A stretch of DNA of 64,000 nt from Sphyrna mokarran (lineage: Eukaryota). The DNA lies in the NCBI GenBank assembly GCA_024679065.1, contig JAGIQG010000006.1:58156001-58220000 (forward strand). Direction: 5' to 3'. The position numbers and the translations under genes are program-made. Each line of letters opens with the position of its first letter. Position 1 is the stretch's first letter. Below the pieces are notes generated by a model. The model was not told the DNA's origin, searched no databases, and saw only the letters and a program-made list of their open reading frames with translations. This document shows positions 39,197-51,786 of the stretch, piece after piece.

Positions 39197-41765
39197 TGAT
39201 TTGTTTGACTTATTATTGTCATGTATTAGTATGTGAAAAGTATTTTTTCTTGTGTGCTAAACGGACAAAACATACTATAAGTAGGGAAGGAAAGGAGAGA
39301 GTGTAGAATATGTTGTTACAGTCATAACTAGGGTGTAGAGAAAGATCAACTTAATGTGAGTTAGGTCCCTTCAAAAGTCTGATGGCAGCAGGGAAAAATG
39401 TTGTTTTTGAGTCAGTATGTGTGTCCTCAGATTTTTGTATCTTTTTCCTGATGGAAGAATGTGGAAGAGTGTATGTCCGTGGTGCGTAGGTTGCTTAATT
39501 ATGCTGGTTGCTTTTCCGAGACAGCAGCAAGTACAGACAGTGTCAGTGGACGGGGGACTGGTTTAAGTGATGGATTGAGCTTCTTTGTTCATGACCCTTT
39601 GTAGTTTTTTTTGCAGTCTTGGACAGAGCAGGAGCCATATTAAGTTGTGATATACTGGAAAGAATGTTTTTATGATGCATCCATAGAAGTTGATGAGACT
39701 TGTAGCGGACATGTCAAAGTTCCTTAGCCTCCTGGGAAAGTAGAGGCATTCTTAACTATAGCATCCGCTTGGAAGGATTAGGACAAGTTGTTGGTGATCT
39801 GGACACTTAAAGACTTGAAGCTGTTGACAATTTCTGCTTCATCCCCATTGATGTAGATAGAAGCATGTCTTCCACTACACTTTCTGAAATCAGTGACAAT
39901 TTCCTTTGTTTTGTTGACATTGAAGAAGAGATTATTGTCGCCGGATCAGTTCACCAGATTCTCTATCTCTTTTCTGTACTTTATCTCATTGTTTGAGATC
40001 CAATTCACATTGGTGGTGTCACCAGCAAATGAAGTTGGAGGGGAATTTGGTCATACAATCAGAGGTGTATAATGACTATAGTGCGGGGCTGAGGACACAG
40101 CCTTAACGGAGTACTGGTGTTAAGGATGATCGTGGAGGAAGTGGTATTGCCTAGTCTTACTGACTGCAGTCTGTAGGTTAGGAAGTCCAGGATCCAGTTG
40201 CAGACGGAGAAGCTGAGGCCCAGGCCACGAAGTTTGGAGATGAGTCTCATAGGAATAATGGTGTTAAAGGCTGAGCTGTAGCCTTTAGTCTGAAAAAGAG
40301 TCTGAAGTAAGTATCTTTGTTATCTAGGTTTCCCAAGGTTGAGTATAGGGCCAGGCAGATGGCATTTGCTGTGGATCTGTTATGGCAATTGGCAAACTGT
40401 AGAGGATCGAGGCAGTCTGGGAGGCAGGAATTGATTCATGCTATGACTAACCTTTTGAAGCACTTCATAATGATTGATGTCAGAGCCAGCGGACGATAGT
40501 CATTAAGACACACTGCTTGGCTTTTCTTTGGTACTGGGATAATGGTCATCTCCTTGAAGGAGATAGGGACCTAAATTGTTGCAAAGGGAGGTTGAAGATG
40601 TCTGCAAATATCCCCACCAGCTGGTCCGTGTAGGACCTGAGTGCTCGTCTGGGTACCCATCTGGGCCAATTTCTTTCCATAGGTTGACTTTTGAGAAGGC
40701 TGCTCTGATGTTGGCAGTGGTGACCTTTGATACAGGTTTCTACAAGGTTCTGGGATGGAAGATGTGCTCTCGCTGATGTCTTGCTCAAAATGGGCATAGA
40801 ATGCATTGAGCTCATCAGGGAGGGGTCGATTAGAGCCTGTGATTTTATCTTCCTTCGTCTTGTGGCCTGGAATGTCTTTCATACCTTGCTATTGTTGGCA
40901 GGAGTCTGTTCCAGCACTGTTCTTTGGCACCTTTGATGGATCCCCTTAGATCATATATCTGATTTTCTTGTATAAGTCAGTGTTGCCTGGACTTCAGCAG
41001 GTGTTGGATATTCCTGTTCCTCCATGGTTTCCAGTTAGAAAACATGTGGATTTACTTCTTTGGCACACAGTCTTCTTCACACTTAATAATGAAGTCAGTT
41101 ACTGTAGTAGCGTACTCGTTCAGGCTGGTCTCAGAGTTTTTAAATACTGACCAGTCTACTGACTCTAAGCAGTCCTGTTGGAGATCATCTGATTCTTCAG
41201 ATCAACAATGCATGACTCTCTTTGATGGATTTTCCCATTTCAGTTTTTGCTTGTAAGCCAGGAGCAGGAACATAGCCTTCCGTCTGATTTACCAAAATGT
41301 GGGCCAGTGATAGAGCGATAGGCATTAATTGATATTTTTGTGTAGCAGTAGTCTAGTACGTTTGGCCCTCTAGTAAAACAGGAGATGTGTTGGTGATACC
41401 TTGGTAGAATGCTCTTGAGCTTGGCCTGGTTGAAGTCCCTGACCACGATGAACAAGATCTCGAGATATTTTGTCTCAAGGCAATTTGTAGTGGTGTGTGT
41501 TTTGTCCCATGTGGTCTTCACATCCACGTGGGGTGAGATGTAAATCAGAATAACAGAGGTGAACTTCCAAGGAAGGTAGTAAGGGCGGCATTTTAGCGTC
41601 AGGTCCAGGGACCAGAAACTTGCTATTGTAACTATGTCTAGGCACCACGAGGTGTTGACTAGAAGGCAGATCTCACCTCCCCTAGTCTTGCCTAAAGGCG
41701 TTGTAGGGTCCATTCAATGGACTGAGAAGGCTTTGTTGTAGGGCATAGTCTGGTGAAGCAGGAAT
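39197..41765 (-). mobile_element. Rex/Babar-like non-LTR retrotransposon (decayed APE endonuclease + RT)
   Basis: GGEICLLVNTSWC...LKCRPYYLP...RDFNQ...LDYCY...FGKSD (APE), [23 protein letters not shown]...CNWILDFLT. Confidence 0.85.
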
Positions 41766-41771
41766 GACACA

Positions 41772-42447
41772 GTAAGAGTCTGACAACACCAGGTTTAAGT
41801 CCAACCGATTTATTTGATAGTAAACTCACAAGTTTTCGAGGTTTACCTCTTCGTCAGGTGAATGAGGTGTTCTGGTCTCAAACAGCATACACAACAGCAC
41901 AGACTGTTTACAGATTACTGATTAGAATGCGAATCTTTATACCTAACCTATTCAAGTCTTAAAATGGCCAATAATGTGAGTGGACGGAGCACTGAGCACA
42001 GGTTAAGGAAATGTGTATTGTCTTACTGAGCACAGTAAGTGAGGTTTTTTGCTAACCCAGGCAAGTCATGGGGGTTACAGTAGTGTGACATGAACCCAAG
42101 ATCCCTGTTGAGACCATCCTTGTGTGCGGAACTTGGCTATCAGTCTTTGCTCAGTGACTCTGCGCTGTTGTGTTTCCTGAAGGCCACCTTGGAGAATGTT
42201 TACCCGAAGGTCGGAGGCCGAATACCTGTGACCACTGAAATGTTCGCCAACAGGAAGGGAATAGTCTTGCCTAGTGTTGTCAAGCGATGTTCATTCATCC
42301 ACTATCGTAGTGTCTGCATGGTCTTCCCAATGTACCATGCTGCGGGACATCCTTTCTTGCAACGTATTAGGTAGACAATGTTGAGAATACCACCACCAGG
42401 TACACGGTACATACTTTTGCATCTCAGCCAACGTTGTCTACCTAATA
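41772..42447 (-). mobile_element. Penelope-like element 3' fragment with short terminal inversion
   Basis: Colinear with 5083-5700. 42365-42386 is inverted relative to 42422-42447. Confidence 0.9.
41824..41863 (-). ncRNA. Minimal type-I hammerhead ribozyme motif
   Basis: Minus strand reads auucac-CUGACGA-a-gagg-uaaa-ccuc-GAAA-ac-UU-gugagu: intact core boxes, 4-bp stem II, 6-bp stem I. Confidence 0.7.
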
Positions 42448-42824
42448 GGACTGTGTTGTTTCACTCTCAACTGCAAGTCTATACGTTTTCCATACTTCCC
42501 AGGATGACTGCATCATTTCGTGCCTGGGAGACAATGAGATAGTAGTATGCAGTATTAAAGGTATAAGTGTTTTCAGTGAAGTTCTTCACTATGGTTGGTG
42601 TGTGGATGGAGGATTTATTGCCTTGCTTGCACTTCCTGCATCAGTAGATGGGTCTACACAATCAGGTGTTCTGGGTCACTCTGCGGTTTGGCTTTGGGGA
42701 ACGGATGTCCAGATCATGCTCTGGCCAGTAAGTAGATAACGCCTCTGGAGTTTCAGTTGAGCTGATGTCCGGGTCCATGTGTTGGAACCCAAAGAGTCAC
42801 TGCCAGGTCAGAGGATCTCTGAAC

Positions 42825-43065
42825 ATAGTGGTTAGCACTGCTGCATCGCATTCGATTCCTGGTTTGGGTCTCTACCTGTGTGGAATTTGCACATTTTTCC
42901 TGTGTCTGCATGGGTTTTCTCCACGTGCTCCAGTTTCTTCCCATAATCTGAAAGATGTGCTGGTTTGGTGCTTTGACCCGAACAAGCGTCAGATTGTGGC
43001 GAATAGGGGAATTTCACAATAACTTCGTTGCAACGTTAATGTAAGCCTTACTTGTGACTAATCAG
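42825..43065 (+). mobile_element. HE1/V-SINE-type SINE (internally deleted)
   Basis: gtggttagcactgctgc...ttcgattcc...tgtggaatttgcac...gtaagccttacttgtgactaat. Confidence 0.8.
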
Positions 43066-43595
43066 TAGACTTACATTTTTTAGATGTGCGAGTAAATTTA
43101 AAAGAGCAGTGTTAGTGATTATTAGGCCGTGGGAATTGATTTTTAGGAGTGTGGGATGATTATAGAAGGGGGGATGGGGAGAACAGGGGGATGCTTGGAG
43201 CCAGCTCTCTGGGCCAGAGGTGTTGGAGCTGGTGGGGTGGAGGCTCCAGCTCCAGATTTGCATGTCTGGCCATCAGGTTCAGTGGAAGCTTAAGGAGCAG
43301 GGTGGGGAAGAAAACCCCAGCCGCAGGGATGCAGGTCTGGAAAACAGAGATTGGCGGAGTGAAGACCTCTATTTTCACAGCATTTTTCTGAACTGAGGAA
43401 GTGCGGGCCGGAGTCTGGAGAGTGAAGACTGCAGGTCCGGCAGCATTTTCTGGTCATTGGGGCCTAGCAGATTGAAGGCTCTGGTTACTGGGATGTTTTC
43501 CTGTCACTGGGAGCCTATGTAGGGAAAGCCCCGCTCTGGGTCTGCAGCACTGGCTGGTCGGCTGATTTGGGTCACCTCCAGGTCTGGTGTCTCCA

Positions 43596-44712
43596 AAGAA
43601 CAAAACAGCACGGGAAACAGGCCCTTCGGCCCAACAAGCCCGCGCCGCCACCCCGATGTTCCCACATCTACCTGTGATCCCTGTCTATGTTTATAGATCT
43701 ATGGATTAAAAACCAAATTTGAGACAATTTAGGGAGAACTTGTTTTGCCAGTTAGCCTAAGAGCACATCTTTGGGATGTGGGAGGAAACAGGAGCACCCG
43801 GAGAAAACCCACGCAAGCACGGGGAGAATGCGCAAACTCCCACAGACACAGCCAAATCCATGTATCTGCACAGCACAGCGATAGTCACTGAGCTGTCGTG
43901 TTGCCCCATCAAATGGTCCAGGTCAAGCGTACACTAACGACGTGAAGCACTAGGATACTCTACAAAAAATCCAAGAGCAGCCCTCTCACGACCCATCGCG
44001 TGTATGCCCCTTGTTAGACAACAAGGTGGACCAAAGCACCTGTAGGATAAAAACAAGTACATCAATATCATCATCTATTTACACACTTCCCAGGGACTCC
44101 CAAGGCTCATGATCCCTATTTTAAATCAGTTTTCTATACCCCTCCATTCCCATTCTGTTCATGTGCCCATCTAAGTATTTCTTAAATAACTCCAGAGTAC
44201 CTGCCTCCACCACTTTACTTGGCAGCGCATTCCATACCCCCACCACCCTCTGTGTGAAAAAACTCCCTCTAGCATCCAAATTATACCTTACCCCCCTCAC
44301 CCTAAGCCCGTGACCCCTCATGCTATTCGAGTCCATCCTAGGAAAAAGCTTAACCCTGTTTATTCTATCTATACCCCTCATAATCTTGTACACCTCTATT
44401 AGATCTCCTCTAAGTCTACGTTTTTCTGAGGAAAACAGTCCCAATTTGCCTAACCTCTTCTCGTAATTCAGACCTTCCATACCAGGCATCATTCTGGTAA
44501 ACCTCCTCTGCCACGTCCTTCCGGTAGTAAGGCGACCAGAACTGGACGCAGTATTCCAAATGAGGTCTAACCAACGTTTTATACAACTGCAACATTAAAG
44601 GCCAGCTCTTGTACTCTATACCCCTTCCTATAAAGGCTAGCATACTATATGCTTTCTTCACAACCTTCTCCACTTGCTCTGCCACCTTCAGAGAGATGTA
44701 GGATCCTAAACA
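43596..44712 (-). mobile_element. Young CR1 with a long 3' region containing a V-SINE-like segment
   Basis: ORFs 44416..44685 and 44121..44492 are CR1 ORF2. SINE-like block at about 43740-43908, CR1 tail at 43598-43650, candidate TSD tctcca. Confidence 0.85.
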
Positions 44713-45727
44713 TCTCCATAACTACAAGAGGTTGAATTAGGGCATTGTTACGGAGCTTTAAAGAGTTAGAATAAACTTTTAGCAGCATAGAACAAGAGTA
44801 AAGGATAGAATTAGAAGATATATTGGGCACAGTTTGTTCTGGCATCATCTTAAATCATCAGGGATTGGGAGGTATAGATTTAAGGTGGTTTGTAAAAAGA
44901 TTAGAGGAAATGTTTTTCCACCCAGTGGTTGTGGAAATCTGGAACTCACTGCCTGAAAAGGTAGTGGAAGCAAAAACTCTCAACTAAGTTAAGAGGTGTC
45001 TGGACGTAGACTTTAAGTGGTGTAATCTGTAGGGCTACAGACAAAATGCTGGGAAGTCAGATTATATTGGGTGACTTGGTTTATTAACTGGTACAGACAC
45101 GATGGGCCAAATGGCCTCTTCCTGTACCATAAAGCTTCTATGATCATCTAATTACAAATGCTAACCTCAAATTGATCTGTTCACAATAGCTCTCCAAAAT
45201 TGTTAACGTTTCCTTGGTTCATACATCAGAGTCGCTGAATAACCTTGCACAGGGGTGTTCAGGCACTTCAGTGACAGCCCTTGCTTCTACAGTCTTGAGA
45301 GATTGACTAATCCATTCAGGCTGCAACCCATTTTTGGATGCCCATGTTTCTTTAAATCCAATGTCTGGCACCACTCTAGCCTTTCAAGGCTTTTGTGCAA
45401 ACTTTTTCAAAACAATGATCTGATAAACATGAATCCCTATTGAATTCTCCTCATTGGCAGTGCAAGGCTTGATAGAATATGCAATATTCATGTTGTTTAC
45501 GCATCTTTTGACTGTGTTTCCCATTTGCTTTCAATCAGGCTGTGTGTCCATCAAATGGACTCCTCCTAATTCCACACCGTAGTTGAATACACTAAGAAAA
45601 ATGACTTCTGCTAAACAAAAACAATTTTTTATTGAGCAAGTCTCTCTGAAAAGGGAAAACAATTATATAACTGAAATACCAGCTGTGAATAGCCAGTATA
45701 AAAAATTAAGTGTGGGAAAAACAGGGC

Positions 45728-46006
45728 TGCATGATGACACAGTACTGTCTCACACCACAAAGGACCTGGGTTCGAGTCCCAACTTGTCTGTACAGAGTCT
45801 GCACATTCTCCCCATCTCTAAGTGAGTTTCCTCCGGGTGCTTCGGTTTCTTCCCACAGTCTGAAATTCATGCTGGTTAAGTGCATTGACCATGCTAATTT
45901 CTCCCTTAGTTTACCCGAACAAGCATCGGAGTGTGATGCCTGGGGGATTTTTACTAATTTCATTGCAGTGTTAATATAAGCCTGCTTGTGACACTAATAA
46001 ATAATA
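45728..46006 (+). mobile_element. HE1/V-SINE-type SINE
   Basis: B-box ggttcgagtccc, V-domain and shared 3' end cttgtgacactaataaataa. Confidence 0.88.
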
Positions 46007-46474
46007 AAATTACTGTTGATTAATTATTTAACTTAAAGCACAATCACGCTTGGTTTTAAATCAAGGTCTGCAATGAAACTTTAAATATTCAATAGTGGCT
46101 TAATACAGATTTTCTTAAAACCATGAGCAAAGCATAAATGCATACACAAATACCAAATTGAAATCATTTGTGGCTGCATGCTTACAATGAAATGTTTCCT
46201 GGGATTGGTATTGCCAGTGGTGGTAATACTATCTGTAGAGTGAGATATTTTTCCGAGTTCTCTCTTTCTCTTTCTCTTTTTCTGTGTGCCAATAATGCGC
46301 AGCCCCAGTGGAGACTTAGTTGGAAAACTAGTTTCATCTTGTCACTTTGGAAAATGCTGACAATGTTCCTGAATAGCAATGGATGATATAACATTGGAAG
46401 ATTTCATAGCATTTCAGAAGCTATAATTTTTATTGGACAGGTTAATACCTCTAATTCCATCCAATATGTTTTAG

Positions 46475-46573
46475 GGGTCAGGATCAAGGGTTGAACAAGA
46501 TGCTGCTAGTGTGATGAGCTGTAGTAATTCCTACTCAGTTCCTCGAAGACTAACAAGTCACCTGGGTACCAAG
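46475..46573 (+). CDS. apc: APC coding exon 8 (99 nt), GSGSRVEQDAASVMSCSNSYSVPRRLTSHLGTK
   Basis: Acceptor atgttttag|, donor aag|gtaacc. PRRLTSHLGTK motif is diagnostic. Confidence 0.96.
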
Positions 46574-48829
46574 GTAACCGAAGATTCCAGACTACAGGTC
46601 GCTACATTGCATTTTTCCTAATACGTCAATTTTAATAATGCTTTGGCTGTTTTATCAGTGTGTTTAGCTATTTTCATTAATACATGCATGTTATATTTCT
46701 TACTGTGTCCTCTTGAAAATATTTACAAAATAGTGTTTTATGAAATGTTAATTGGCAATCATTACAACTATGCTGAATATATGAACAGAAGAACTAAAAG
46801 ATCACAAGTAAAGATTATATTTGAATCAAGCTTGCTGTCAAAAAAATTCTAGCAAAAATCAACAGAACTCAAATTACCTCATCCAGCAATGATATGTTAA
46901 AGTATTTTTATATTGTAACCAACAAAATTTCAGGATAATATTTTATATACAGCGATGACTTCTGGCATTAATCTGAATGTTATTAATTCCATCAATATTT
47001 TGTCATATTATCTCTAAATCCAGTTACAGAAATAGCATTGCTTGCTTTTCTGTAACTTGTTTGCTGGCTGTTACACTTATATTGTTTCCTTAAAGGTTTG
47101 ATTTATTATAGGTCTTTTAAAAAAAATTGTTGTTTACCATATAGTTATACAGTTAATCAAGACATTAGTGTAGCACCAGGAAATAGGACTAAACAATTGA
47201 TCAGTAAATATTTAAATACATTAAGTTAAACCTTACAATGTATTTATTGTAATGATGTTGTGTAGATAATGCTTACTCTTCACAATATTTTCAAGTAATT
47301 GGAGTTTGAATTATAACACAAGTGAGTAAACCAAAAGTATCTATGTACTTCCCAATTAGAGATGCCAAGAACCTCAACAGCTATTAAAACTAAATATCTC
47401 TGTCAGCAAGATCATGTTATGTTGAACTGTTTTAACTAGAAGCAAAACTGGTGAACAGAATTCTTCCACCATCCATCATCACTCAATCACTTATTCTGCA
47501 CTATATGACAGTTTCTAGCAAGAAAAGCCCCACAGGTGCAGTGAACAAAATCCTGCTTTTCGTAGCCTCACCTCCTGACCTTTAAAGTTTAGTAGTGTCG
47601 ATGGTGGCAACCTCACATTGACAGTATATTTAATTTCAAAATCCAATTTCATATTAAAGTTTATATAATTCAGTTGTTCAGATTTTTCATCTGCTTTGGC
47701 AATTAAATAAGATAGCGCTTGGAAATGTTTTTACAATTATATCTAGTTATTATCACCATTATCTTCCTTCGTTCTCTTCTTGTACCCAGAGATGCACAAA
47801 GCAGACAAAGCAGATGCTTATATCTGTTTCTGTAGATAGGCCAACAACCTGTCACAAAAACTTTCACCAGAGACTATAACTTGAGAGATACCACTTCACA
47901 TCAAGCTTGACTGACCAGAAGCCTTTCATGCTCTTGGTGCCTATGTAATAGAAAGATTTACAAATTGGTAACCAACCTATTTGATCACGTTATGAACCTA
48001 ACTTCTGTAGCCAACAACTCCTGAAGTCTGACTTGAAACCGGAGCTTCTGGCTTAGAAGCATGGACAGCATCCATTATGCCACATGATTTCTCCTGTACT
48101 AGTAATGTTTAATAGAAAATCAAGCCCTAAACGTCATCCATTTGTGGATCTATTCTTAAGTTCACCTTAAGCTGTGGGTTCTAAACTTAAATGAATTTTA
48201 ATTTACATGAAATTAGTATTTGCTATACATAATAATGAATTATTCTGATTATTTTTAAATTTCAAATCTGACTATTCATTTAATTAATTCTAGACCTCGA
48301 ATGATTATATTAATCTTAGTTATAAATTATAGTTTAATTAATAAGTAAAGAATAGGGATGACAGCACAGGCGCTCTATTGCATTGAAAAAGACTCAAAGA
48401 AGGATGCAGTTTGTGTGGCTAACTAAGAAAGTTAAGAATGGTATCAAATTAAAAGGAAAAAATTGCTGCAAAGATTAATGGTAAGCCAGAAGATTGGGAA
48501 AAAATTATAAGCTATCAAAGGATGCCTGAATAATAATTAAAGAGGGAGCAAATAAGAATGTGAGAGAGAACTTGCAAAAGATGTGAACCAGACAGCAAAA
48601 GGTTTGTTCAATTCTGTACAAAGAAAAAGTGAGATGAACTTGGGGAATTAATATTAGGAAGCAGAGACTTTGAGCAAGTATTTTGTATTCTTCTTCACAT
48701 TAGAAGGCACAAAACGCATCCCAAGAATAGGAGAAAAATGGGAAGCAAAAGCAGTGATAAGGAAGATAATAGAATCTTGATTCAAAAATTCAAAGTAGAA
48801 GAACATCCAGCAACCAAAAATATAATGAT

Positions 48830-49335
48830 CACGAATTTCTGCTGACCTCCTGATCGCTGGCCAGATCAATTGTTGACTTCCCTGACCGTACCTGGGCTAG
48901 TCTTGACTTCTCCCCTGAGCCTGCCTCGATGTCCTGTCCCATCCTCCACACCTCCGATTGCTGGCTCCCTCCCTCCATCACTGCAGAGTGGCAGCAGAAT
49001 CCTTGTCCCTTGGCACTGCCCAGTGCTCAGAAGGCTTTGCCAAGGTGCCTCCTGGGCATTGGCACTTAGCTGTATGGGCAATGCCAGGGGCCCAAACTGG
49101 CACTGCCAAGGTGGCTAGCTCCACATAAGTGGGGAGCTATATTAAACCCCGTTGGAGTGAAATACTCCTGGCAGGGGGAAGCACTAGCAGGTCTGGACAC
49201 TTCAATCCCAGGCTTGCTGTTGATTTAAAATAGATTTAAATTAACATTTGCATAATTTCTTCGGCTCTGCACCGATTTCTGGCACAGAGCTGACAGCACC
49301 GGAAATCCAAGCTGCCATGAATCACCGGAAAAGTT
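48830..49335. mobile_element. GC-rich non-autonomous repeat related to 51787-52462, inserted in a CR1 remnant
   Basis: Shares ctgcagagtggcag and ttggcactgcccagtgctcaga blocks with 51900-52035. Confidence 0.55.
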
Positions 49336-50244
49336 GAACAGGCTGTGTGCCTTTCCTCTATAAAAGACATACCTGATGGCTTTAAGATAATGAAAGGATT
49401 TAGTAAGCTGAGATGAAAAAAATATTTCCGTTTGTAGGGAATCAAATATTGTCCATAAATCTAAGGTGGCCACTATTAAATTCAACAGGGTTTCCAGGAG
49501 TAATCTATGTGACCCAAGAATGTAAAACACGTGACCAAAATGAATGACTGAGGCAGATAGCATGTATTCAGTTTAGGGGATAAGCAAAGGGGAAAAACAA
49601 ATAGAAGTAAATGCTGATGGATTAAGTTAAAAGAAGGTTGCGAGGAGATTAATGAATCATAAACACCAGTATGGACCAGATGAGTTGAAGAATCCATTTT
49701 TGTACCTTGCCCACACAATGTAAATCAATGAAATGGTAGCCTTGTTAGTTGTTGCTAATGAACAATTTATTGGACAGATCAGATCACTACAACTCATGAA
49801 ATCTGTTTATTTATCCATCCAATATTGTGAAATCTAGAGTGTCAAAGGAGAGTTAAACTACAAAGTTGTAGTTTATAATATTTATTAAATGAATCATATA
49901 TATATATTATGTTCGGAAGGTAGTTGATTAATTCCAATTTAAGTGGATTTGAACCTTCTGATATTGTCTAATTACAATATTAATTCCAATACTGGTGCAT
50001 GAATATAGGGCTAAATGTAACACCATTGACCAAACACAGTTGAATAAGTAAACTGTCCCATATCTGCTTCGCTAGCTGGTGGTTTTAAGTCGAGAGAAAT
50101 GTCTACTGTCACAAATTATCAGCAAATTTTATAGGGATCTTGAAATAGTTTACTGTTATTCTAGAAGTTTTTTACTTGATGTTATTGATTGTTGACCCTA
50201 CAATATGAACAGAATTTAACCTTTTTGGTTCGCTTGGGCTACAG

Positions 50245-50623
50245 GTGGAAATGGTATACTCGCTGCTCTCAATGCTTGGTACACACGACAAGGATGATAT
50301 GTCTCGAACTTTGCTAGCAATGTCTAGTTCTCAGGACAGCTGTATAGCTATGCGTCAGTCTGGTTGTCTTCCACTGCTGATACAGCTTTTGCACGGCAAT
50401 GATAAAGACTCTGTGCTGCTAGGCAATTCACGTGGCAGTAAGGAGGCCCGTGCAAGGGCTAGTGCTGCACTACACAATATCATCCATTCACAGCCGGATG
50501 ACAAGAGAGGAAGACGGGAGACCCGTGTTCTTCACCTGCTGGAACAGATCCGTGCTTACTGCGAGACATGCTGGGAATGGCAGGAAGCACATGAGCGAGG
50601 CGTGGATCAGGATAAAAATCCAA
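50245..50623 (+). CDS. apc: APC coding exon 9 (379 nt), VEMVYSLLSMLGTHDKDDMSRTLLAMSSSQDSC...QIRAYCETCWEWQEAHERGVDQDKNP
   Basis: ORF 50245..50688 matches the APC pre-armadillo region. Acceptor ctacag|, donor cca a|gtatga. Confidence 0.98.
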
Positions 50624-50738
50624 GTATGACATTTTCTGAACAGTTCTGTATACAAATTAGATTAATCATATTTTTGTATGAAAAGTAGTTGTTTTTAAGA
50701 AAGAAATAATGGGGGCAAGCTCTGCTTTTTAAATTCTT

Positions 50739-51042
50739 CATGGTGGCACAGCGGTTAGCACTGCTGCCTCATAACGCCAAGAACCCAGGTTCAATTTCCA
50801 GCTTGGGTCACTGTCTATATGCAGTTTGCACATTCTCCCGGTGTCTGTGTGGGTTTCCTCCGAGTGCTCCAGTTTCCTCCCAAACTCTGAAAGACACCAT
50901 AAAGACAATGAATTGGTCATGCTAAATTCTCCTTCGGTGTACCCAAACAGATTCCGAAGTATGGCAACTATGGGATTTTCACAGTAACTTCATTGAAATG
51001 TTAATATAAGCATACTTGTGCCTAATAAATAACTTTAAACTT
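50739..51042 (+). mobile_element. HE1/V-SINE-type SINE about 115 nt downstream of exon 9
   Basis: A-box tggcacagcggttagc, B-box ggttcaatttcc, V-domain and family 3' end. Confidence 0.9.
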
Positions 51043-51786
51043 TGTGATATAGTGTGTGTTTATGGCAGCTATTCAAATTAAAGATACATTTATTAAATTG
51101 AGTTAGTAATTGCATTTAAACTTAATATTAACAATATTATATCCACACCATGTTCTAAATTATGTCTTCCCTATCATTTCATCCTCGCCCTCTCCAATGC
51201 ACAAGTTATGGCAGCAGTAGGCACCAGGCATTTACCAATGCTGCTCTGTTTGTCTTTGAAAAGATCCATTAGAAAACTGTATTTGAATTGACTTGTTCTT
51301 TTTTGTTCCTTTTGTGGAAAAAAGGTTGTCAATTTTTTTTGAAAAGCTTTAAACTATATAATTTAAACTATAACAGCAAACTTATTTGTATGGTGCGCTA
51401 TGTGTTTGTGTATTGATGTACTAATTGGACACCCATGTTAAGCTCTATTAAACAGAAAGGCTTCCTGTTGTTGACTGCTCTTCTTTGTTTAAACATAATT
51501 TGCCTGTGTTCACCAGCTTCCAACTGGAATGCTCTACTAGGCTAGAGGCAGATGTCACACAAAGTACTAAGTTGAACCTTTAAATGACTAATATGGAACA
51601 ATGAATATCAGGTTTAACAATATCCTTCATAGCATGAACTTAACCAAATGGCCCTATACATCCAAGCTGAATTGCTACTTTATTATGTACTTAGGTATGA
51701 GTACCTCTTAGATTCCATGAATACCATAGAGATAATTCTAATCATTTTTCCTTCTCTGTTTTTATTTGTTATCATGGACAGTCACA

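Noticed and set aside
50624-50688. ORF read-through past exon 9 (and similarly past exons 3 and 13)
   Set aside because: APC similarity stops at canonical GT donors. The extensions are chance open intronic sequence.
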